Origin: Pelagibacteraceae bacterium AG-337-G06
GTDB lineage: Bacteria; Pseudomonadota; Alphaproteobacteria; Pelagibacterales; AG-422-B15
NCBI GenBank assembly: GCA_003282175.1
Contig: QBZX01000007.1
Coordinates: forward strand, 4,144 to 68,143
Length of the DNA stretch: 64,000 bases
Reading direction: 5' to 3'
This document shows, in pieces, positions 14,314 through 25,230 of the stretch. Each line of letters starts with the position of its first letter. Position 1 is the stretch's first letter. The position numbers and the translations under genes were made by a program. The notes beneath the pieces are model-generated. The model was not told the DNA's origin, did no database searches, and worked only from the letters and a program-made list of their open reading frames with translations.

Positions 14314-15420
14314 TTAACTATGTCTATTTTTAGATAATAATAATATTAAGCCACATGTGATTGACATGCCTATAACAGATGAGCCCCCATAACTAATAAA
14401 AGGAAGTGTTATACCAGTTGTTGGAAGCAATCTAATATTTACTCCAATATGAATAAGAGCTTGAAGGCAAAAATATATTATTAAAGTAAATAAACTTATT
14501 TGTATAAAGTGATTGTTGCTATTGTATATTTTTCTGAATCCTTGATAAGAAATTATAAAGATTATTGTTAAAATTATTAGGCATCCTAATAAACCATACT
14601 CCTCCGCAATAACAGAAAATATATAATCTGAATTCGCTTCAGGAATTTTATTTTTTAATACACCATTTCCTGGACCTACACCTATGAGACCACCTTGTTT
14701 GATCGCCTGAAGTGATAATTCAGTCTGTGTTACATCATAATCATTAGGCGCTAGAAATGAATTAATTCTATTTTGTACATTGAAATTAAATAAATAAATA
14801 AAAACAAAAAATATACCACCAATAAAAATTATTGATGCAAGGACAATTATGCTAAATCCACTCATAAATATGGATGAAAAGTATATTGCTGAAATAAGAA
14901 ATAATTGACTAATGTCTGGCTGAAAAACCAATATTGCAGCCATCAATGCATAAATACTGAAACTAAGTGCATAATTTCTAAAACTATTTTTTAAACTTGG
15001 ATTATTTAAAATAGCTGCAAGTACGATACAGTAAAATGGCTTAATTAATTCAATAGGCATGATTGTAATATATTTTAAATTAATCCATCTCTTCGATCCT
15101 TTTATCTCCACTCCGTAAATTAATGTTAAAAATAGAATGACTATTAGAATTACAAATACAATTATTGATATATTTGGTATTCGTTCGTGATTAATAAACG
15201 AAAATAAAATGAATATAATAAAACCAGACAGTAAATAAAGTGCCTGAATATTAAAGTATGAAAAGAGATTATTGTTTATATACCTTGATGTACCGGGATT
15301 AATTGTAAGACTTATAAATAGTCCAACTGCAATAAGTACAAGCACACAAAAAAATATTGGTTTATTAATTTCATAAATCCAATCAGTTATAATAGATTTT
15401 TCTTTTTGAGTCGCTGTCAT
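14314..15420 (-). CDS. ftsW: Peptidoglycan polymerase FtsW (SEDS family)
   Basis: GSKRWI, QPD, DYIFSVIAEEYG, GITLPFISYGGSS; multi-TM; dcw position. Confidence 0.92.
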   Translation of the reverse strand: MTATQKEKSIITDWIYEINKPIFFCVLVLIAVGLFISLTINPGTSRYINNNLFSYFNIQALYLLSGFIIFILFSFINHERIPNISIIVFVILIVILFLTLIYGVEIKGSKRWINLKYITIMPIELIKPFYCIVLAAILNNPSLKNSFRNYALSFSIYALMAAILVFQPDISQLFLISAIYFSSIFMSGFSIIVLASIIFIGGIFFVFIYLFNFNVQNRINSFLAPNDYDVTQTELSLQAIKQGGLIGVGPGNGVLKNKIPEANSDYIFSVIAEEYGLLGCLIILTIIFIISYQGFRKIYNSNNHFIQISLFTLIIYFCLQALIHIGVNIRLLPTTGITLPFISYGGSSVIGMSITCGLILLLSKNRHS

Positions 15421-16739
15421 TTTAGAATCTCAGCTTTAATTTTTCTTCTAAAATCATCTCCTCTTTCTTCAAAATTATTGTATTGATCAAACGATGCAGC
15501 TCCAGGACTAAATAAAATAGTGCAATGTTCGTTCACAATATTTGCTATTGATAATGACATTTTAACTGCCTTATTTAGGTTTTTTACATATGAGGTATCC
15601 ACATACTTATTAAAATAATTGAAAAAAATATTTTTAGTTTCACCTATTACAATGGCCTTAATAACATTGTGTCGATTTTTATTTAATATATTGATTTTAT
15701 TACTTTTAATTTGCCCTCCACAAATCAAAATTATATTCTTGTAGTTGTTTAATGCTGGCACTAAAGATTCCAAATTTGTTGATTTAGAGTCATTTATTAC
15801 AATTAAATTCTTTCTTTTTACAAGAATCTCTTGTCTGTGAGGTAGTCCACTAAATGAAGAGAAAGATTTATAAATATCTGACGACTTTAAACCTAATTTT
15901 TTTAATATTAAAAAAGAAAAATATAAGTTCTGCATATTGTGTTTTTTTAATATCAAGCTAATTTTCTTATTATTTTTAAAACTGCTACTAATTTTTTTTA
16001 CAGGAATTAGCCGTTTAAGTTTTTTCTTATCTAAATTCGTAGTAGCGATTTTTTTTATATTTTTATTGGAATCATAATAACAAATATTTCTAGCACTTAT
16101 ATTCTGAAATATATTACACTTAGCAGTAGCATACTTATGCATAGTAATGTGACGATCTAAATGATCTGGTGTTAGGTTTAATATACAAGATATATCTGGC
16201 TTAAATATTTTTGCTAGCTCCAGCTGATATGATGAAAGCTCTAAAATATAGACACCATGATTTAACTTTTTTGAGGAAAATATAGGCTTTCCAATATTAC
16301 CTATCAAAACTGAGTTAATATTATTTTTTTTTAATGAATGATGAATCATGGAAACAGTTGTAGATTTTCCGTTAGTTCCAGTGATGCCGATAATCTTAAT
16401 TTTTTTTAATTTATTTATACTATTTATATAAAGTTGAAACAAATCAAGTTCACTAATTATCTTACATTTTTTAGATTTTAATCTTTTAATGTATTTATGT
16501 GCATTTTTTCCTGCAGTGACAATACTAGGACTTGGCATTATATATTCTATATTAGTTATATTCTTATCGTTAATTAGATGATAACCTTTTTTTCTTAATG
16601 CTTTTCTTTTATTAAGATCATCATCCCAGAAATAAACATTTGCACCACCTTTAAGCAGTGAATTGGAAACAGAAATACCTGTAATTCCCATTCCAATAAT
16701 AAGAAAATGTTTATTTTTAAATGATTTTAGTTTAATCAT
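15417..16739 (-). CDS. murD: UDP-MurNAc-L-Ala--D-Glu ligase
   Basis: GITGTNGKST, ELSSYQL, LNLTPDHLDRH, NDSKSTN, SPGAASFDQYNNFEERG. Confidence 0.95.
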   Translation of the reverse strand: MIKLKSFKNKHFLIIGMGITGISVSNSLLKGGANVYFWDDDLNKRKALRKKGYHLINDKNITNIEYIMPSPSIVTAGKNAHKYIKRLKSKKCKIISELDLFQLYINSINKLKKIKIIGITGTNGKSTTVSMIHHSLKKNNINSVLIGNIGKPIFSSKKLNHGVYILELSSYQLELAKIFKPDISCILNLTPDHLDRHITMHKYATAKCNIFQNISARNICYYDSNKNIKKIATTNLDKKKLKRLIPVKKISSSFKNNKKISLILKKHNMQNLYFSFLILKKLGLKSSDIYKSFSSFSGLPHRQEILVKRKNLIVINDSKSTNLESLVPALNNYKNIILICGGQIKSNKINILNKNRHNVIKAIVIGETKNIFFNYFNKYVDTSYVKNLNKAVKMSLSIANIVNEHCTILFSPGAASFDQYNNFEERGDDFRRKIKAEILK

Positions 16740-16743
16740 CCAT

Positions 16744-17826
16744 TTATCTGATTTTAAGTGTTGCTAACCCAATTAGTGCTAAAATTATTGCAACTATCCA
16801 AAAACGAATTACTATTTTTGATTCAGGTAGACCATTTTTTTCAAAATGATGATGTAATGGGGCCATTTTAAAAATTCTTTTTCCAGTTAATTTAAAAGAT
16901 GAGACTTGCAGTATTACAGATATTGCTTCAGCAACAAAAATACCTCCAACAATGGCTAAAACTATCTCCTGTTTTAATAAAATACTAATCGACCCTAATG
17001 CTGCTCCTAATGAAAGCGAGCCTGTATCTCCCATAAACACCATTGCAGGAGGAGCATTATACCATAAAAAGCCAAGCGCTGATCCTATTATTGCTGCACA
17101 CAAAACAGTAAGCTCACCCGCCCCTGGCAAATAATTTATAAATAAATATTCAGCAAAAATTATATTGCCAGCCAAATAACAAATTACAGCGAATGTTCCT
17201 GCAACAATCATTACAGGAACAATTGCTAGCCCGTCTAGACCATCGGTTAAATTTACTGCATTTGCTGATCCCAATATAACGATTAGAATAAAAGGTACTG
17301 CAAACAAACCTAAATTAATGAAAATATCTTTAAAAAAAGGTAATGATAAAAGCTTAATATCAATGTGATGATATTTAGTTATCCAATATATAAAAATTAG
17401 TGAAACAATGATTTGAAGAAATATTCTTATTTTGGCTGAAATACCTTTGCTTGAGTTATTTTTAACTTTATTGAAATCGTCTGCAAATCCAATTAAACCG
17501 AAAGAAACTAGTATAAATATAACTGGCCAAGATATAAAACTTTCTGGGTTTACCCAAAGCAAAATAGATCCAATAATGGAAAGCAATATGATGATTCCAC
17601 CCATGGTAGGCGTTCCCTTTTTAGCTATTATATGAGACTCTGGCCCGTCTTCCCTAATAGGCTGTCCGATAGACTGATAAGCACTAATCTTATTAATCAA
17701 TGCAGGTCCAAATAGCAATATAAAGAAGAAAGAAGTAAAAAGAGCGAAGCCAGTTCTTACAGTCAGATAATTGAAGAAATTATATAAGCCTGGGATATTT
17801 AAGTATTCTAAAATATATAATATCAT
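16744..17826 (-). CDS. mraY: Phospho-N-acetylmuramoyl-pentapeptide transferase
   Basis: KKGTPTMGG, NAVNLTDGLDGL, FMGDTGSL, MAPLHHHFE. Confidence 0.97.
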   Translation of the reverse strand: MILYILEYLNIPGLYNFFNYLTVRTGFALFTSFFFILLFGPALINKISAYQSIGQPIREDGPESHIIAKKGTPTMGGIIILLSIIGSILLWVNPESFISWPVIFILVSFGLIGFADDFNKVKNNSSKGISAKIRIFLQIIVSLIFIYWITKYHHIDIKLLSLPFFKDIFINLGLFAVPFILIVILGSANAVNLTDGLDGLAIVPVMIVAGTFAVICYLAGNIIFAEYLFINYLPGAGELTVLCAAIIGSALGFLWYNAPPAMVFMGDTGSLSLGAALGSISILLKQEIVLAIVGGIFVAEAISVILQVSSFKLTGKRIFKMAPLHHHFEKNGLPESKIVIRFWIVAIILALIGLATLKIR

Positions 17827-19199
17827 AAATTTTCTTGTTTAAGATGACTGATTAATCTTCTTATATTAATTGAATTAGATCCTTTAGCAAAAATTGTATA
17901 ATTACTCTCTATTATTTCATCAAGATTGTCGATAATCTGATCGATGTCTCTAAAAAAAGATATCTTATTATTTCGAATTTTGTTTTCTAACTTTTTGAAA
18001 TGCTTTCCGATAAATAAACATTTTTCAAATTTTTTCTTACTTAAAAACTTAATTAGATTACTATGATAGTAACTAGCCTTTTGACCCAGTTCATTCATAT
18101 CACCAATCAAATAAACAATATTCTTCTCTTTTAAGCTATCAAATATATCAATTGTTTGCTTCATTGAAATTGGGCTTGCATTATAGGAATGATCATAAAG
18201 CTTAAGTCTGTGACTATTATACTTACATCTAATCATATTTCCTCGCCCACTGGTGAATGGTACGTTTTTAAACTTTTTAATAAATCTATATTCAATGTTA
18301 AGTGCGTGTAAGCAAGTAAGAATTGCTAAGCAGTTATCGATTAGATTTTCCTGATCACTTCTAACGCCAAAACTAATTAATTTGTCTGTTGGAAGACTAA
18401 CTTTAAGCTGTATATTTTTTTTTGTTAACTTACTTTCTTTTATATAGACATTTGCATTATTTTTTTTGCTATAATTATAAATATTTTTTATCTTGGTATT
18501 TTTATAGTATCTATGTAACAGATTATAATAATTAGTGTCTTTGTTAAGAATTAGTGAGTCAATATTTTCTGAAGATGTAAATATTTCACTTTTCGCTACA
18601 GCAATCTCTTTTAAAGATTTAAAATTACCTAAGTGTACGTTTTCAATATTTAAAATAATGGAAATATTTGGTTTAAGTATTTTTACTAATCTTCTTATCT
18701 CTCCAGAATGATTCATGCCTAATTCGAAAAAACCAAATTTTGTTTTTCTTTGCATATTTAAAATTTCTAATGGCATTCCATATTTATTGTTATAAGACTG
18801 TCTCGAGCAAAAAATATTTCTATGCTCTTTTAAAATAAACGAAATTGCATCCTTAGTTCCAGTTTTCCCTACACTACCTGTAATTCCAATAATTTGAGTA
18901 TTGAGTAAGGACCTGTAATATCTAGCAAGAGATGATAATGCAGATAGAGTATTTTTTACCTTAATTTGCTTAAGGTTAGATTTAGAATTAATTTTTTGAA
19001 CAAATGCTATAGATGCACCCTTTTTTTCTGCTTGATTAATAAATTTATGGCCATCATTATTTTTTCCTTTAATTGCAAAAAAAATATTTCCTTTCTTTAA
19101 GGTTCTTGTATCAAGTGATGCACCTGTAATTTTTATTTCGCTGTGCTTAGTATTAAATAGATCATTAATCTCTAAAATTGAAATATGACTTGATCTCAT
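17823..19199 (-). CDS. murF: UDP-MurNAc-tripeptide--D-Ala-D-Ala ligase
   Basis: GITGSVGKT, SYNNKYG, ELGMNHSGEI, YNASPISM, GDMNELG, KGS. Confidence 0.93.
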   Translation of the reverse strand: MRSSHISILEINDLFNTKHSEIKITGASLDTRTLKKGNIFFAIKGKNNDGHKFINQAEKKGASIAFVQKINSKSNLKQIKVKNTLSALSSLARYYRSLLNTQIIGITGSVGKTGTKDAISFILKEHRNIFCSRQSYNNKYGMPLEILNMQRKTKFGFFELGMNHSGEIRRLVKILKPNISIILNIENVHLGNFKSLKEIAVAKSEIFTSSENIDSLILNKDTNYYNLLHRYYKNTKIKNIYNYSKKNNANVYIKESKLTKKNIQLKVSLPTDKLISFGVRSDQENLIDNCLAILTCLHALNIEYRFIKKFKNVPFTSGRGNMIRCKYNSHRLKLYDHSYNASPISMKQTIDIFDSLKEKNIVYLIGDMNELGQKASYYHSNLIKFLSKKKFEKCLFIGKHFKKLENKIRNNKISFFRDIDQIIDNLDEIIESNYTIFAKGSNSINIRRLISHLKQENL

Positions 19200-20632
19200 A
19201 ATTTTAGGAAACCTTTAGATATTTTCACATCATCAAAGGGGTAAACTTTGCCATTAATAATTTGATTTTTTTCATGCCCCTTGCCTGCAATAATTAATAA
19301 ATCTCCTTTTCTTAGTTGCTTGATTGTATGTTTTATTGCCTTTCTTCTATCTGAGATTTCCAAAAAGTTTTTGCAATCATCAATGATTTCTTTTCTAATT
19401 TTTTTTGCATTCTCAAAGCGCGGATTATCATCAGTTATAACAACATTATCTGCGTATTTAGAAGCAATTTTTCCCATCATTGGACGTTTTGAGTAATCTC
19501 TGTTTCCACCACATCCAAAAACTACATACAGCTCTGATTTACAAAGATTGCCGCCTTCTATTAAAGCATTTTCAAGAGCGTCGGGTGTGTGCGCAAAATC
19601 GATATATACAGAGGCACTGTTTCTTGTATTCCCCACAAATTCCATGCGACCTGGTACTGAAGGACATTTTAGACTTAATTTTTGAATCTTAGTTAAATTA
19701 TGACCCATAGAATAAAGCGTCAATGTTGCCAGTAAGAAGTTGTGTATTTGAAATAATGGAAAGTTAGCAAACTTAAATTTTTTAAGCTCTTTACCAAATT
19801 TTACATCGACTATTGTTGAGTTGTACTTGTTTTTTTTTATCTTGACTATTTTAAATTTATTATTTTTCTGAAAATATATTGGACTAATATTACTTTCTTT
19901 CTTTAAATAATTTTTAATTATATCAATATATTTAGTTTCAGTGTTAACTATGATTTTACTATCCTTTTTTACATAATCAGAAAATAATTTGAGCTTACTC
20001 ATTATGTAATGTGACATAGTTTTATGGTAATCTAAGTGATCTTGTGAAATGTTCGTAAGTACACAAGCATCAAATTTTAATCCATAAAACCTTTTTTGAT
20101 GCAAGCCATGACTTGATGCTTCCATTACAAGATACTTAATTTTATTTTTACTTAATTTTCTTAACTGTTTTGATAAGTCAATTGGCTCAGGAGAAGTTAG
20201 ATTTTCAGTATTAAGTTTTTTTATCTGAGAATTGCCCAAAGTACCTATTGTTGCCGTTTTTACTCCTAAATTTGATAATATATAATTTAAAAAATAAGTT
20301 ACTGATGTTTTTCCATTTGTTCCTGTTACAGCGATTTTTTTTTCTATTGTTTCACTATTGACCACGAATGCTGCTAAAGAAATTTCTTTTCGAATATCTT
20401 TTACCCTATAAATTGGGATATTTGACGAAATCTTTATTTTTTTTCTGATTGGAATAACTATTGCAGAGGCACCTTTAGCTACTGCGTCATTAACATACTT
20501 CATCCCATCAACATTACTTCCTGGGATTGCAAAGAAGATGTCCCCTTTCTTTATTATTCTCGAGTCAGAGCAAATATCTTTGTACTTAACCTTGTCTGAA
20601 TTTATTTTTTTTAGGAGACGACTATTTGTCAT
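19196..20632 (-). CDS. murE: UDP-MurNAc-L-Ala-D-Glu--2,6-diaminopimelate ligase
   Basis: VTGTNGKTS, MEASSHGL, DFAHTPDAL, DDNPR (meso-DAP specificity), AGKGHE. Confidence 0.96.
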   Translation of the reverse strand: MTNSRLLKKINSDKVKYKDICSDSRIIKKGDIFFAIPGSNVDGMKYVNDAVAKGASAIVIPIRKKIKISSNIPIYRVKDIRKEISLAAFVVNSETIEKKIAVTGTNGKTSVTYFLNYILSNLGVKTATIGTLGNSQIKKLNTENLTSPEPIDLSKQLRKLSKNKIKYLVMEASSHGLHQKRFYGLKFDACVLTNISQDHLDYHKTMSHYIMSKLKLFSDYVKKDSKIIVNTETKYIDIIKNYLKKESNISPIYFQKNNKFKIVKIKKNKYNSTIVDVKFGKELKKFKFANFPLFQIHNFLLATLTLYSMGHNLTKIQKLSLKCPSVPGRMEFVGNTRNSASVYIDFAHTPDALENALIEGGNLCKSELYVVFGCGGNRDYSKRPMMGKIASKYADNVVITDDNPRFENAKKIRKEIIDDCKNFLEISDRRKAIKHTIKQLRKGDLLIIAGKGHEKNQIINGKVYPFDDVKISKGFLKL

Positions 20633-22411
20633 TTATTGCAGTGATGTATTAATTAATAAGTTATCACTTGGTAAATATTTACTTTTTGTGTCTAAAATAG
20701 GACTAATCCTGTCTATAATTTGTCGCGAAACTCTTGCTGCATTCCAACCGGCATCTGTATAACCCCACGTATTAAAAGGCGTATCATATTCTCCAACTAT
20801 TCCTTTCGGATCATCTAGTGAAATAAGTACAAGATATTTTGGTTTATTGATTGGAAAAGCTGAGATAAACGTCGTCATTTTTTCATTAGCATAAGACTTA
20901 TTGTTTATTTTCCTAGCTGTTCCTGTTTTGCCTCCAACTAGATATTTATAATCACTATAGTTCCCAGTATACTTCTTATTGGAATCTTTTCCAAAAGCGT
21001 CTTTTGCAGTTCCCTCATCTACAACACGATTGAGTAAGTATCTCATAATCTCACTCGTTTGCTCTGAAAATATTCGATTTTTGAATAATTTATTATCTTT
21101 TTTTATTAATGACGGCTCTATAATGTAACCGCCATTTAATACTGTCGCAGTAGCTAAAGCTAAATGTAGAGGAGAAATTGATAGCCCATAACCATAAGAA
21201 ATGGACTCGGTATTAACCATTCTCCAAGGATCTGGAATAAGTGGCTCTGCTCGTTCAGGTAAGTTTACAATAACTTGATCAAAAAAACCTAAATCATATA
21301 AATAATTCTTCTGTAATTCTGGTCCAATATCTCTAATCATATTAATAGTTCCAACATTAGATGAGTACACAAATATTTCTTCAACTGTGCATTTTTTGGT
21401 TTCACAGGGGCGATGAACATCGTGTACTTTATGTTTACCTACATAAATGTGATCATCAATTTCATAAAGGGTATTTGGCTTAAATATATTTTCTTCAATT
21501 CCAATTGCTGTTGTAAATATTTTCATGACTGATCCAAATTCGTATACACCTAAAGTGTTTTTATTAAATGTAGAATTTTCATCAAAATTTTTGTTATTAG
21601 GGTCAAAGTCAGGAAGCGATACCATGGATAATATCTCTCCAGTATTTACCTCCATAACAAGTCCTGATCCACCAGTTGCTTTATATAATTTAATAGAGTC
21701 CAATATTTCATCTCTTACTATGTGTTGTATTCTTATATCTACTGAGGAAATAATATCGTTTTCATTTTGATTATTTAATAATGTATTAAAAGATTTTTCC
21801 ATTCCTGAGATACCATCGTTATCAATATCTACTTTTCCTATGAGATGGCTAAATAACTCCTTATGAAGATACTTTCTTTTATAAATATCTCTTATCTCTA
21901 TACCAGTTTCTCCAAGGTCAATAACTTTCTGAAGTTCATTGGGACTTATATTACGTTTCAAGTAAAACCATTTACCAGAATTAATTCTATTTTCTAAATC
22001 ATTTGCTGATATGTTGTAATGCAATGATGAGACTTTCTTAATGAATGCCTCATGATCATAAATTTTTTTAGGATCAATACCAACATCAGACATTTGTAAG
22101 TTAGCTGTTATAGAAATATTGTTTCTATCTAATATGTTACGCCTTTTCTCATCTATTGATGATATAAAATAACGATTTTTTTCAACATAAAAGAGATTAA
22201 TTTCAATCATTTTGATTGTAATTGCAATAAACAAAGTACTGAATATTATTGCTGACAAAATTAAACGATTATTAATCTTAAGTGCAAAGTTTTGCTTTAT
22301 TGAATTTAATTTATCAATAGCAAATTTTTCAGCATTGTATCGATGAGTAAATGAGAAACTTTTTTGATAAATATCTATTTTCTTTTTGCCAGAATTTTTT
22401 CTCTTTCTCAC
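20633..22411 (-). CDS. ftsI: Division transpeptidase FtsI (class B penicillin-binding protein)
   Basis: RRNILDRN, SxxK (GSVMK), SxN (SSN), KTG motifs; N-terminal TM; follows ftsL. Confidence 0.93.
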   Translation of the reverse strand: MRKRKNSGKKKIDIYQKSFSFTHRYNAEKFAIDKLNSIKQNFALKINNRLILSAIIFSTLFIAITIKMIEINLFYVEKNRYFISSIDEKRRNILDRNNISITANLQMSDVGIDPKKIYDHEAFIKKVSSLHYNISANDLENRINSGKWFYLKRNISPNELQKVIDLGETGIEIRDIYKRKYLHKELFSHLIGKVDIDNDGISGMEKSFNTLLNNQNENDIISSVDIRIQHIVRDEILDSIKLYKATGGSGLVMEVNTGEILSMVSLPDFDPNNKNFDENSTFNKNTLGVYEFGSVMKIFTTAIGIEENIFKPNTLYEIDDHIYVGKHKVHDVHRPCETKKCTVEEIFVYSSNVGTINMIRDIGPELQKNYLYDLGFFDQVIVNLPERAEPLIPDPWRMVNTESISYGYGLSISPLHLALATATVLNGGYIIEPSLIKKDNKLFKNRIFSEQTSEIMRYLLNRVVDEGTAKDAFGKDSNKKYTGNYSDYKYLVGGKTGTARKINNKSYANEKMTTFISAFPINKPKYLVLISLDDPKGIVGEYDTPFNTWGYTDAGWNAARVSRQIIDRISPILDTKSKYLPSDNLLINTSLQ

Positions 22412-22417
22412 AAAATT

Positions 22418-22762
22418 CTAACGTGCAGGGCTTATAATTTTCTTAGAAGGTATATCAACTGCAATGATATCTTGAAATACTTGATTTTCTTTACCTAGAT
22501 CATCTTTATCTAAAACTACAAAGTATTTAGTATAATCATTGGAAATAACCATTTCGGATATTTTTTTTAAATTTGTAGGAGAGATCATATGATCCCATTC
22601 TATTTTATACAGTTCACTCTTTTTCTGCTCCTCTCTCAAAGTAATTTCTAATTCGTTGATATAATTTTGCTTTTCAGCTGATATATTTTTTATGATCATT
22701 ATTGCAAGTAATCCTATCAGTAAGATGATCACTGATAAAATTTTAAATAAATAGCTAATCAT
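22418..22762 (-). CDS. ftsL: Cell division protein FtsL (alphaproteobacterial type)
   Basis: Single TM, coiled coil, EWDHMISPTNL; lies between rsmH and ftsI. Confidence 0.75.
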   Translation of the reverse strand: MISYLFKILSVIILLIGLLAIMIIKNISAEKQNYINELEITLREEQKKSELYKIEWDHMISPTNLKKISEMVISNDYTKYFVVLDKDDLGKENQVFQDIIAVDIPSKKIISPAR

Positions 22763-23682
22763 GATTGTTTAAATCCCAAATCTTCAATTGGTATATAACT
22801 AAATTCTAAATTATTCTTCTCATAGAATCTTAACTTAGCTGATCTAGATCTTGAATTATGTTCTATCTCTTCTTTGCTAGGTTTGAGAACTTTATTCAAT
22901 TTATTGTTTTGACTTACTATTTTTAAAAACTTTTTCACTAGTCTATCTTCAAGAGAATGAAAGGTAACTACATGCAAATTTCCATTTTTTTCTAAATATT
23001 TTAGTGCGTGATTAAGTCCGGAATGTAATTCTTCAATTTCGTTATTGATATAGATTCTTAAAGCTTGAAAAGTTTTAGTCGCAGGGTGTTTTTTATAATA
23101 TTTATTTGGAAAAGATTTCCTTACTACTTCTGCCAATTCTAAAGTTGTTTCAATATTTTTTGATTTGCGATAATTTTCAATTTCTCGAGCAATCCTCCTT
23201 GAGTTTCGCTCATCACCATAATAATAAATAATATCAGCTAATTCTGCGTGACTTTTTGAATTTACTACATCATAGGCAGTTGTACCTTTTTGACCCATTC
23301 GCATGTCTAACGGACCCTCTTTAATAAAAGAAAAGCCTCTTTCTGGAAAATCTAACTGCATTGATGAAACTCCTATATCAAATAAGAAACCGTTAATTTT
23401 TTTTTCCTTGGTTTTCTCCATAACTTCGTTAATTTGGCTAAATTTAGAATGGAAAAAATTGAACCTTTTGCCGTATTTTTTTTTAAATTCTCTAGCAATC
23501 TGTTTAGCATATGGATCCCTGTCAATTGCAATAATATTGCAGTTACTGACCTCAAGAAATTCTTTCGAGTACCCTCCATTTCCAAATGTTGCATCGAAGT
23601 AAGTCTCATTATCTTTAGGCCCAGTTAGTTTTATTATCTCCTTTATAAGAACTGGCTTATGAGCCAATTCTTTTTTTGTCAT
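22759..23682 (-). CDS. rsmH: 16S rRNA m4C1402 methyltransferase RsmH (MraW)
   Basis: [46 protein letters not shown]. Confidence 0.96.
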   Translation of the reverse strand: MTKKELAHKPVLIKEIIKLTGPKDNETYFDATFGNGGYSKEFLEVSNCNIIAIDRDPYAKQIAREFKKKYGKRFNFFHSKFSQINEVMEKTKEKKINGFLFDIGVSSMQLDFPERGFSFIKEGPLDMRMGQKGTTAYDVVNSKSHAELADIIYYYGDERNSRRIAREIENYRKSKNIETTLELAEVVRKSFPNKYYKKHPATKTFQALRIYINNEIEELHSGLNHALKYLEKNGNLHVVTFHSLEDRLVKKFLKIVSQNNKLNKVLKPSKEEIEHNSRSRSAKLRFYEKNNLEFSYIPIEDLGFKQS

Positions 23683-25205
23683 TTACTCTGTCTTCTAAGG
23701 AATGAAGGAATTTCTAACAGATCCTGATCAGTTTCATTTTCTTCAGTCAATTCTTCATCTTTAGGATCGTTCATATCGTCTAATTGATGAATATTTGGAC
23801 CGCTAAATAGATCAGGTGCATCTAACTCATCATTTTCTCTATTAGCATTTATCAGATCCATAATGCTATTAGGAGCTTCTTCCTCAGTGACCATCTCAGG
23901 CTCAGTAATTGGCTCTGGCTCAACTTCTTCTGCAGCCACCATTTCTGGTTCTGATATTTCTGGCTCAGTAATTGGCTCTGGCTCAGCTTCTTCTGAAGCC
24001 ACCATTTCTGGTTCTATCATAACTGCCGTATCTTCAAGATCAGTTTCAGAGTGAATATCAGAGTCTTCTCCATCCATGAACATATATGGATCAGAATTCT
24101 CTTTTACTTCTTCATTCGTATCTTCGTTACTAATTGAAGCTTGTATTGAATTTGAAGTTGCTGCTGGTGTAGCGGCAATTGATGATGCTGCTGAATTTCT
24201 TGTAATTTGTAAATCTACAATTGATTTAGTTGGCTTTGGATGTGAGTCTAGTCCCGTAGCTACAACAGAAACTCTTGCCTTACCCTCAAGTTTATCATCA
24301 AAAATTGATCCTACTATTACATCTGCATCTGGATGAACCTGCTCGCGTATCTCATTTGTAATTTTATCAACTTCATGAAGTGTAAGATCAGTCCCACCTG
24401 TTATATTAATAAGGAGTCCTTTAGCTCCATCAAGTGAATAGTCATCCAGTAATGGATTCGTTACAGCATTATGGGCACATTCAATAGCTCTATTTTCACC
24501 AGAAGCTTCTCCTGTTCCCATCATTGCGCGACCCATATTGTTCATGATAGTTTTAACATCTGCAAAATCTAAATTTATTAGACCAGGAACTACCATTAAA
24601 TCTGTAATACTTCTTACTCCTGCATGTAAAACATCATCCGCCATTGAAAAAGCATCTGCAAAAGTTGTTTTTTCATCAGCAACTTTGAATAAGTTTTGGT
24701 TTGGTATAACAATTGTCGTATCAACTAGATGCTCTAACTCTTTAAGACCTTGCTCAGCAATACGCATTCTTCCAGCGCCTTCAAATTGAAATGGTTTTGT
24801 AACAACTGCGACAGTTAGGATTCCCAATTCTTTAGCTACTCTTGCTATTACTGGTGCAGCACCAGTCCCGGTACCACCGCCCATGCCTGCTGTGATGAAA
24901 AGCATATTTGTTCCCTCTAAACGTTCCATGATTTCATGCTTAGTTTCATCAGCTGAAGATTTTCCAATATCAGGATGTGATCCTGCGCCTAGACCTTTTG
25001 TTACTTGAACTCCTAGTTGCATCTTTGAGTCACTTAATGATTTTGAAAGAGCTTGTGCATCCGTATTTGCCGCCACAAACTCAACACCTGACAAACCTGA
25101 GTCAATCATATTGTTAATTGCATTACCGCCTGCACCACCGACTCCAAATACAGTTATCTTAGGTTTAAGTTCTTTTAGTTCTGGAACGCTTAAATTTAAA
25201 ACCAT
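23679..25205 (-). CDS. ftsZ: Cell division protein FtsZ with long acidic linker
   Basis: [18 protein letters not shown] tubulin signature, NLDFAD, C-terminal peptide [10 protein letters not shown]; SD AGGAGG 9 nt upstream of ATG. Confidence 0.98.
   Translation of the reverse strand: MVLNLSVPELKELKPKITVFGVGGAGGNAINNMIDSGLSGVEFVAANTDAQALSKSLSDSKMQLGVQVTKGLGAGSHPDIGKSSADETKHEIMERLEGTNMLFITAGMGGGTGTGAAPVIARVAKELGILTVAVVTKPFQFEGAGRMRIAEQGLKELEHLVDTTIVIPNQNLFKVADEKTTFADAFSMADDVLHAGVRSITDLMVVPGLINLDFADVKTIMNNMGRAMMGTGEASGENRAIECAHNAVTNPLLDDYSLDGAKGLLINITGGTDLTLHEVDKITNEIREQVHPDADVIVGSIFDDKLEGKARVSVVATGLDSHPKPTKSIVDLQITRNSAASSIAATPAATSNSIQASISNEDTNEEVKENSDPYMFMDGEDSDIHSETDLEDTAVMIEPEMVASEEAEPEPITEPEISEPEMVAAEEVEPEPITEPEMVTEEEAPNSIMDLINANRENDELDAPDLFSGPNIHQLDDMNDPKDEELTEENETDQDLLEIPSFLRRQSK
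23899..24015. repeat. Direct repeat in the ftsZ linker: 2 x 54 bp, 63-bp period
   Basis: ggctcagtaattggctctggctca(a/g)cttcttctg(c/a)agccaccatttctggttct at 23899-23952 and 23962-24015, 2 mismatches; encodes EPEMVA(S/A)EE(A/V)EPEPITEP. Confidence 0.92.
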
Positions 25206-25230
25206 GAAATTATCCTCCTATTTTCATTAG

